A model generated the notes under the pieces. The model made no database searches. It saw nothing but the letters and a program-made list of their open reading frames with translations, and had not been told where the DNA came from. A stretch of DNA of 42,722 nucleotides. Origin: a virus. Lineage: Duplodnaviria; Caudoviricetes. Position 1 is the first letter of the stretch, and each line of letters opens with the position of its first letter. Positions 1 to 9,800 of this stretch are shown here, in pieces. Where the stretch lies: IMG/VR virus record IMGVR_UViG_3300020161_000877, positions 1-42,722 of that record. One strand, written 5' to 3'. The position numbers and the translations under genes are program-made.

Positions 1-518
1 CCTGTCATACCTAGTGAATGCTGTCTTGAAGGAGATGTGTTTTGCGGAATAATAGGGTTAGCATTATTCTTCCACTTTTCTTCTTCAGCCCTGCCTAATG
101 GGTTGTATCTTGAGTAAAGATAATCTTTTAGTATTTCATATGTAGGGGACTGTAATACTTGCATCCTCCGTCCATACAAAAAGTTTTTTTGGTCGTCTGT
201 AAGTTCGTCTATGTTTTTTATTGGTTTGTCTAAATAAAAAAATTGATTTGCATCTCTTACTAAACCCTCTTCAAGGTTGTCTTCTTCATCAAAAAGTAAA
301 TTATCTGTTATTCCATTTCTTGTAAATGAAGGCTCTTCTTTCAGTGCTTTTGCTAAAGCAAGTCTTTCATAAAAGTCCTTTGCTAAACCTTCTTTATCTA
401 AATCTTTATATTCTTCTGCATTAAGAGATTTTCTGTATTCATCTACAGAAGGATAAAGTTCTGGAATAATATATTCGTGAGGTTTTCCCTCAAAAAGTAT
501 TGTTTTTTCTTTTTCCAT
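1..518 (-). CDS. Partial hypothetical late protein (runs off left edge)
   Basis: ATG at 518 overlaps the holin stop (TAATG). The frame MEKEKTILFEGKPHEYIIPEL...QHSLGMT stays open to position 1. Acidic, no Cys. Not in the ORF track. Confidence 0.75.
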   Translation of the reverse strand, partial: MEKEKTILFEGKPHEYIIPELYPSVDEYRKSLNAEEYKDLDKEGLAKDFYERLALAKALKEEPSFTRNGITDNLLFDEEDNLEEGLVRDANQFFYLDKPIKNIDELTDDQKNFLYGRRMQVLQSPTYEILKDYLYSRYNPLGRAEEEKWKNNANPIIPQNTSPSRQHSLGMT

Positions 519-820
519 TATTGGGCTTTTTGTAAAAATTTCGTTCGTAACCAGTTAAATATCTCGGGTGCTAATGAACCAGAAGTTGAGCAAAACACAC
601 ACTTGTAAAATGGGTCTAGTGATGTCTGTTGCACTGAGAAATAGCAGATTATACCAACTATAGTCCCTGCAATGACCTTCCTAATCCATTTTGTGGTGTT
701 ATATTTTTCGTCTGTAAGTATAAGCCTAGCAAGCATACCTAATCCACCAAGAATGCCAAACACCCATCCTGTTTTCTTGAACTCTTCTAATATTTGTTGC
801 ATAGAAACATCATCAGTCAT
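518..820 (-). CDS. Putative holin (LydA-like)
   Basis: 100 aa with 2-3 hydrophobic segments (GWVFGILGGLGMLARLIL; VIAGTIVGIICYFSV) and a basic C-terminus; follows the virion genes. Confidence 0.6.
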   Translation of the reverse strand: MTDDVSMQQILEEFKKTGWVFGILGGLGMLARLILTDEKYNTTKWIRKVIAGTIVGIICYFSVQQTSLDPFYKCVFCSTSGSLAPEIFNWLRTKFLQKAQ

Positions 821-3800
821 ATTGTTTCATCTCCGTTTTTAGAATTTCTTCAACCGCTTCTAGTTCGCTGTATACTTCTGACATAAACGCAGAAGCAGGA
901 TTGAACACACGGTATACATTACGCCTGTCTCTTTCCAGTTTCACTATAGTGTACCCAAGTCTGTTCTGCAGGATTACGAAGTCCTTATAGGGCTTATCCT
1001 CTGATGGTATAGATTCCTGCACAATGTCGAATGTCGTAGCGTCACTGACGGTCTTCTCCTCTGGCGTAGACGCTCTGGCATCTTCAGTTCTAGTAGCCTG
1101 TTCCTGCGTAGGTTCGTTTTCCTTAGACACCAAGTTGGGGTCATCTGGCTTCTGCGTTTCCTTTATACGCTCCCAACGCTTGTGACCGTCAGAACTTATA
1201 CCTTCTCTGAAGTACTTCTTTAAGATGCCCTCCTTGCTAGGCGTGATGACCATCTTGCGTTTGTACTCACCAGTGCTTGTGCTCCAAACCAAGTACTGCA
1301 TCTCTCCGTACTGACCAATAGCCTCAAACTTGTCTGCCATTAACTGCTTGTAGTATGGCTTACCCTTATTATCCATATACAACTCCATAACCTGCTTTGC
1401 AAACAGGCTGGCATTAGACCAGTTCAACAGCAGGTTCTGCGTTGGGTCTTGAACAGGGAGCGGCTGGTCTCCCACCTTGAATTCGTCATACCCTTTCTTG
1501 CCGCCTTCAACAAGGTTAGCCGCAGTCTTGACCTTCATCACATCGTCCTCAAAGAACCTAATCAGAACCTGTGCCTCTGTGATGTCGTTGACAAGGCCGA
1601 TTCTCATAGTGTCAAGTTTGTGAACAGTCTTGTTTCTCAATGTACTGAATGTTTCTCCAGCAAAAAGAACCTCATATGACACTGTAACTCTACCTGCCTT
1701 GTTCTTATCCTCTATTTTTCTAACAAAGTACCTGCCATCAATGGTGTCTCTGTAGTTAGGCTTGTTCTTATTGTGCCAGTCTATGATGAGTTGGTTGTCC
1801 TTTCCTCGCACAGCACCGCTGATGCGTAGGTTGTCTTCCATAGACAGAAGGTTTGCAACAGCCTTTGGTCTTGCTGAGATAAACTCAGTGAGCCTCTGTT
1901 TATACAGGTTGATTGACGCATCTGTCTTAAGAGCCTCACCAAGGATTTGCTGAACTCTTTCAAACTCATCCTTGATGATGTCACCAGTCTCACCAAAGTG
2001 ATAATCCTCTATTGTTTCATCGCCAAGGATTGCCTTCTTCTGTGTTTTATAACGCTTTCTAAGTTCCTTTGCCGCCTTGATGTTGTTGGCCTCGTTTGCT
2101 AACATCATTCTGTTGACTTGTGATACATCTAAGTTGAACCGCTTGTCTGGAGACAACTTTTCGTACTCAGCCTTAACACCAAAGTTACGCTCCCTGCCAA
2201 ACAGAGAGTCCATCTTGTGCCACTGTGTTTCTGTTTTCCAAATATCATCGAAGCCCTGCATTCTGATGAGAGTATCTACTGGGATATGTCCTACATTGTG
2301 TCTGGTGGCAAACGGTGCTTTCTTTCTGGCTAAGATATTACGGATAGCGGGAGGCGAGTTTTCTTTCGGGCCTTCATCTATCAACTGCTGGATGTACTCG
2401 TTTGTATAGTTCAAACTCTGACCTATGTCATACAGTTTCTTCAAGTCTTCTGGAGACAGTATGGTATGTACGCTGTCTCTGTAGTTGAACGGTTCACCTT
2501 TCTTGGTGACAGGAATTCTTCCCTTCTTAACAAGATACATAGCCTGTTCTATGACCTCACGAGTTTTGACGCTCTTATCAAAATCCACAGGGTACTTATC
2601 CTTCCAAGCGGCAAACTCTTCATCAGACATACCCTTCAGTTTCTTCAATGCAAGTTCTCTGATGCCTTGATTGTTGCTGATTAAGTCAAAAGCATCTGCG
2701 ACAAAACCTCTGATAAATCTTTCACGCTCCTTGTCGTTCTTGAATGTGTCAAGAATGCCATTCTTGAGAGCCTCGTGTTCACGCATTCTTTCCTCTGGGA
2801 TAGAGTCTATAAGCCTCTTCAAAACTCCCTTGCTAGACTCCTTAGGGAAGAAGAACTTTATGAGGTTAGCATCAGCCGCACTCATCGCAGTGTTGGGATT
2901 GGCTTCATACATCTGACGCTTTGCATTGGCAAAATGTATGTAGTCAGCCAGATATATTCTCTGCCTTGATTCTTTAGAGTCTTGAATAATCCAGTTCTTC
3001 AGAGGGTTGTTTCTGAACTCTGTCTTTGGCAACTCTGCCCTTCCGCTATGCACACCACCAAGTCCATTGGTTGTCGTGGTTGTCAAGTCCCACATTCTCC
3101 ATCTCGCAGAGTTGAACTGCATAGATAGTTCTGGGAACGCATAGTACACATACTGCGTCCTAGGGTCTTCTGGATGTATCTCTATTCTTGAATCCTTGAT
3201 GTTGGGTATGCCAAGGTTTCGTGCGAAGTCATCATACTGTTTAAACAAATCAACGATGTTATTCTGACGCATACGCTCCAACTGCCTATAAAGTTTACGG
3301 TCTTTTATGATATTTTTCTTTGCTACTGAAGTGGCGTAATCAAAGTGTCTATATTCAGCGACAAGACGCTTGAATTCTGGAGGTGCATCTGCGTCACCAG
3401 CCTTTTTAAGAATATTTTCGTAACGCTTCTGCAGTGCTTCCTTCTTCTCTCTGAGTTTTAACAACTCGTTGCCAAGCCTCTTAGGGTCTGTGGTCAATTC
3501 TTTTCTGTACTGCTCCAATGTCAGACCTGTTCCGTCACCTATGACGATGTTCTGTCTAAGTTCAACCTTTCCACTGGCAATATTCAGCCTGTTAGAAACT
3601 ATCGATATCTTCTCCAGCGTCTGGTTCAATGCGGTTACCGTGTCACGCAAATCGACACCGTGCTTACCAACGGTAGACAGAAGATACTCGTCCTTGATGA
3701 CAGCAATAGCCTCGTCATAATCAATCCTGCCATCGACTATATCCTTGTCTATTTCTCTAAGCCTTGCCTCTCTTCTTGGGTCATTAATCCAAGCATAAGC

Positions 3801-6800
3801 CTCGTCACCAAGGTTTGTCTTAGTGATATTTCTTCTTAAATTATGAGAGATAGATATCTCAGAGTTAAGATTTTTAAGGTCTATCCCTAAGATACGCTTC
3901 ATACTAAGGTCTCCAGCACGAATGCCTTGGTCGTAGTAAGACTTTAGGTCTATTATTCTAGACTTAAATGCGTCAGTATAATCCTCAAGACTTCTGTAGT
4001 TTTCGTGTCCTTTGCCTAGTATGTTTTCGACATCTGCAAGATATGTCGGGTCGCCGTGTACAACTCCAGTCTTAGGCTTGTACCGTCTGAGAGCCATATA
4101 ATCAAAACTAGAAACCACATCGAACTGATGAAGTGATGCTTTCTTTATGAAGTCTGTCTCTTTGGCTATGAGCGTACCCTTTGCCCACAGATATCTTTTA
4201 GCCAAGAAGTCTATCTTTTCTTTTATTTCTGCCGTTGCATCACTCTTTCCGTACAGACCATCGTGCAACTTTTGATATCTGTCTTCCATAACAGAGAACC
4301 TGCTTCCGTGTTCATAGAACTGTTTCTGCAACTGGTTAATCATACCAACCACATTGCCGTCCTTTGGCACAGGTAGTTGGAATTGAGAAAGGTCTACTTC
4401 ACTGCCCTTTGCAGACACTCTGAACAGAAGTTCTTCGACTGCTTCTGGTGTCATATTCTGCATCTTTTGAAGAACGCCCATCTCATATAACTGTTGAGCC
4501 GCCGCAAGGTGCATAGCCTCTGCGTTGTTTGACGCTTCTTGTATCAACTTTAATTCACCAACAAGTTGGTCAACAATCTTAACATCAGTCAGAGGTTTTT
4601 GTCCCGACCTTCTCTTGGCTTCATTTATCTTCTTACGCTGGTCACGGAAGAACCCTCGCTGTTGTCTTTCAATCTCCTGCAGTTGAGCCATTAACTCTCT
4701 AATCTGAGGTACAATTTGTTTTTCACTCTTGCCACTTTCACCAAGCATAGCCGCCAACATCTGACTCTCTACTGACCTCTTTCCTCTAATAAAGTTGTCA
4801 AAACGAGTGAACGACTCTTGTGCAAACTTTTCAAAAACAACAGCAGAGTTTCTGCTCTTGCTCGTAGCCATTTCAGCAAGGTCTTTGTTTCTTTCTGAAT
4901 ACGACCCAAATCTTTCTTTTATAATCTTAACATTATAGTTGTGGTCAATGACAAACGAAAAACCTAAGTCTTGGTTTATGTACTGGTTTAATCTTGTTAT
5001 GTTGTCTCTTATAACAACACGCTCTTCTGGTGTAAGTTTTCTCTTAGGGTCTAACTTGTCAGATACAACATAGCCATTGGCAATCTGTTCTTTGATTTTC
5101 TCTATTCTTGCCTGTGCGTCTGCCAATGCCTCATCGTTAGGATACTTCCCTTGGTCTATATTGGACTGGATATCCTCTATCTTTTTTTTCAGTTCTGCTT
5201 TCTCGTCTTTGTTCAATGGTCTTCTTGCATTAGCAAGGTTTTCATCCAACTGACGCTGTAACTGTTCTATTCTTTTGGGGACATCAAACCCAATTTCATT
5301 AGTATAAAGTTCCTGTGCGACAAAGTAATCTCCGTTTCTATGAAGCACAAAGCGGTCATCTGGTAATTCAGATTTCCCTATCTCCTTTTTTGCCAAGGCC
5401 AATATATACTTCTTTAGTTTGCCATCCACTTTCTGATACGGCCCTTCAATAAGCATATTAGCAGGTACTTCACCAGCAAGAGCCTTGTTTCTTATTATCT
5501 GAGTTGCCTGTTGAAGGAACAGGTCTGTCATCTTTTTAATTTCTGCTTCTGGAGTTAACACCTTTGCTCCGATTTTATTTGTTGTATACTCTTTATATGT
5601 CTTCTGAAGCAACACATCTCCGTTCTGGTCATACATAACAAGCACACCAGAGTTTGTACTGTGGATTTGGTCTGCCACCATAAACTTAGTACCGTCAAAG
5701 TACCAAGCCTTTCTTGCTACCTTGTACCCATTGCCGCTATCAAACTGGTTCTGAGTTTTTGTTAGGTCGAAAGACTGCCACTTTACACCGTAGAAGCCTT
5801 CTTTTTCCATAGCCTCTATAGACTTAACATAATTCAACTTGATTGAGTCCTGTATTCTTTTGACCACATCTTTGCCATTAGAGTCAAAGAAGGTATACAA
5901 CTCAACGCTTCTTGCTATTGCTTCTGGAGTGCCAAGTTCAATGAGACCGTTTTGTGCTTCATCATACAGTTTTGCTCTGACCTTTTCAAGGGTCTCTGGA
6001 CTCATCTCACTGATTTGATAAGCCGTCAGAACATCTAAAATCTGTTGCTTGGCATCGTTTGAGACTATAGCCTCTATCTCTTTTGTGTGTCTTTCGTATG
6101 TAGCCTTAGCCTCTATGGCCTGTTGAGAGACAGGTATCTTTGATGTCTCTATTGCATCAAAAGCATCAACTATAGACTGCATTTCTTTTCTTGCATAACC
6201 TCGTTCTGCCTTGAGGAGTTTTTTAGCAAGAGTGGCGTTTCTCTGGAAGAACGCCTCACGCAGATTTTTCAAAGCGTATGATGACAGTTTTATGTTATCG
6301 CTACCAACCCTGCCGATGCCAACAAGAGAAGCATCCATTAAGAACACCAACTGCTTCTGTCTTTCTGCTATGTTGTCGGCAAGACCTGTAATACCATTGT
6401 TATCTCTGAGAACCTTCTTGATGAGGCTGTCCATCATAACACGCCTATCAAGAATAGACGCTCTTATCTTACCTCTCTCTTCACCAGTGAGTTTATATTT
6501 GCCGCTAGGAACAACAGGTTCTTGGGTTATCCGTTTATAATTAGCAAGAGTCTTCTTGTCGCCCCTCAGAAGAAGTTCATCCCACTGCTCTGGTGTTATT
6601 TTTTCTCTGACACGGTAGTCGGCTAATCTTTGTGCGACAATGTCGCTTTGTATCTGTGCTTTCTTTGTCTGTTCCTTCAGTTCAATCTCATAATTGACCT
6701 TGGCTACAGCCTCTGCCTCAGTTTTCTCAAGCAACTTGCTCCACCCCTTATAGTTCTTCAAGGTAAGGTATTCTGCCTCAGACATCTCAACCCAGTTACC

Positions 6801-9800
6801 AAGAGACATCAGTCCAGTCTCAGCAATCTTTGCAGGTGTTATGCCATATTTTCTGGCGTTTTCAACAAGTACTGAGTCTGCTACCAGAGATACGGCAGGG
6901 ATTTCTTTTCCTTTAAACTTCTTAGCCGCCTCTGTGTATTTTACAAAACCATCAACAGAGTACTGTGCTATAGCCTCAAGCATATAGAGCGGTGCTCTTG
7001 GGAACTTCTCCTTAAGCACTCTCTGTATGCGAGGAATTAAGTAAGCCTTGAAACGCTTATGAGTCTCTGGGCTATACACCTTGTTCTGCTCGATGTAGTC
7101 AATAGCATCCTTAACCAGCATCTCGTTGTGCTTAACAAGATTGGTAATGTACTTCTCAGTGACCTGCTCGTCTCCTCTGACTCTTTCCACAACTTGCCCC
7201 TTCTCGTCTATTCTGTACTTAAGAAGACCAGACAATTCGTGCGTACCTGCCTTTGCGACTTGTTCTCTATATTTGTCCGCAATGGTCTTTGAAGGAGAGA
7301 ACATAAAGTCATCGAGGTTTTTGACACCTCTGTTCTCTACAAATCTTGACGGCTCAAAAATCGCAACGGTGCTGAACTCATTCCCGCTAGCAGGATTGAT
7401 GTTCATATACTCAACAGAGTGAATATTGTACTTTGACAGGAACGCTTTCCCTTTTGGAGACAACAGCCACTCATCTAGAGTAGGCATATTTGAACTTCTA
7501 GGGTCTGTCTCCTTCTTATAATGGTCAAAGACTCTAACGCCATTGTCATCAGTGATGCGTAGGATATCCTCCATAACATCACCAATAGGCTTTTCGGTAA
7601 GCAGTGAAACTCTTCTGGCTACGCCTTCGACTGAGTTCTTCCAGTCAGAACCAAATGGCATATCAGAAAGATTAAGATGCGACTGCGTATCGATATACCC
7701 AACACGCATCTTGTTGTTCTCATAGAAGCCAGCCTCATAGACATCTGGCGTAAAGTGCAACCAGCCGTTTCTAGAGTAGTACTGGCTTCCTCTGAGCCTA
7801 GGCAACATTTCCTCTAGGTTTGAAGCGAACTCTGGGTCAACAAAATCAAACACTCTGCCAACACCACCACGCTCCAAAATCTCAGATGTAGGAGTTCTAA
7901 GAGAGTATAGAGCAATATGCTCACCCTCCCTGTTTCTATAGATGGTGTCTCTAAGGATATTATGAGCACCAGCAGGAAGCACATTGCCGTTGTTATCTCT
8001 ATGGCCTACGGCAGGAGAGAAGTTAGCCTGTGAACGAGGGTAGGCGTTTATATGGTCGTATCTGAAACCCTCCCCTTCTTCAGCCACTAGAGCGGTCATT
8101 CTGTCCACTCTGAACGATGTCATAACGGTAGGAAACTCGACCTTGTCTTCACCCCTTCTTAACTGTGCATCAAGAGGAGCGTTCTTCCATCTACGCTTCT
8201 TGAGCATCTCCTTTGTAGGATGATAGCCAATGGTAGCATTAACGATGTCTCTTCTAAGAGCCGCATCTTTGTCGCCACCTCTGCCTCTTGAGAAGAACTT
8301 AAGTCCAGCCTCTGACTTATGACCCATACTGTAATTAGACAACAAGTCTCTTACAGCCTGTCGCAGGTTCTGCTGTGTGCCAAAAAGATTTCTGACGGCC
8401 TTAAAATGTATCTCTCCGTCATCAATCCTGTTGAACATATAGTCCTCACGCTTCAGATAAGCATCCCAGTCAAAGACCGTTGCCAGCAGACGAGCCTTAC
8501 CTACCCTGTACTTCTGTATGCCATCCTTTGGCTTGCCGATAGGCTTCTGCTCAAAGTACAAGTTAAGTTCAACTGGGATGAACCTACGCTGTTCAACGAA
8601 CAGGCCACGGTCTCTAGTCCCATCGTCATTCTCTCTCTCATAGGAAAGGACGGTAGACCTCATCGTGTTTGAGATTTCCTCTATTCTTCCAGCACGAGAA
8701 CGCTCGATGATGTAGTTTAAGTCTCTAAGTCTTGCCGCAGTATGAGCACCAAGATGCTTCTCAAACAGGTTAAGTTCAGTCTTTGTAGCAAGACCTGTTA
8801 TTCTAATGCGAGGATTGCCTTCCCATACTGACTCCCAGAAGTCTCCGCTCTTATCAAGAGACCATCTCCCAACACCGACTTCTCTCTCTATGACCTTTGG
8901 CTTTCTGCCTTTTGGACTTGGCCCCATATCAGAAAGTTCAGCCGCAGATACATCAGTACCAAGGTTTCTCTTGGTATGCTCTTTGAACCAAGCCCTTTCC
9001 TTGGCTACGGTCGTCTCTCTTACCTGCCTTGTTTCTGGCTCTTTTTCCTTAGGCTGTTTCTTCTTTTTCTTTGGTGGCGAGAACTGTGCCTTGGACTCAC
9101 CACTTTCGTTCACAAGTTCAATTGTGATACCTCTTTGCGATGGGTCTGTGTTAAGTAAATCCTCGACCAAGTTTGCGACACGCTTTGTAGACTCCTCGTT
9201 AAGTTCTTCTTCTGTGATGGGACGCATCAGACCAGTCTCAATATCCTTCTTGAGAAGATGGTCGAACTCACTGTTCATCAGAGTTTCTGTTGTTGCGTAC
9301 TTCTTGTTGTTGACCTCCCAGCCGTCATACATACCGCTTCTGAGTTCACGCACATAGTGCTTCATCAACTTCTCAAGCAACGGAATACGAACCCTTTGTT
9401 TGGTACGCTGGTCAATCAAGAACATATCAGCAGTCTCGCCCTTGATGAGTTGAACCCCAGCCTCACCAAGGTCTCTAGCCATTATATTACGGTAGGTATC
9501 CTTAGCACCTTCAATTGCGTTTCTAACCATACCTAGGTCGCCACCTTTAAGAAGATAGTCTATAGGCTTTTCCTCAACAAACCTGTTCCAGTACGATGCC
9601 AAGAATTCTTCAAAGAAGCCTCTGATGTCAGAAGTCTTTTCTCCATCCTTAAACTTCTGGATGGCATCGTTGAAGCGAGTCAACATACCCTGCATACCCT
9701 CAACAGGTGCTTTTGTGACATCCTTCTGGAGGTTGAAATACTGGTCTCTAAACTGTTCTAGAAGTGAAACCGCTGTTTCCTTTGGCATCCTGTACAAAGC

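Noticed and set aside
15-23. TGAATGCTG matching the reverse complement of the last 9 bases as a terminal inverted repeat
   Set aside because: Only 9 bp, offset from the left end and inside coding sequence; compatible with chance.
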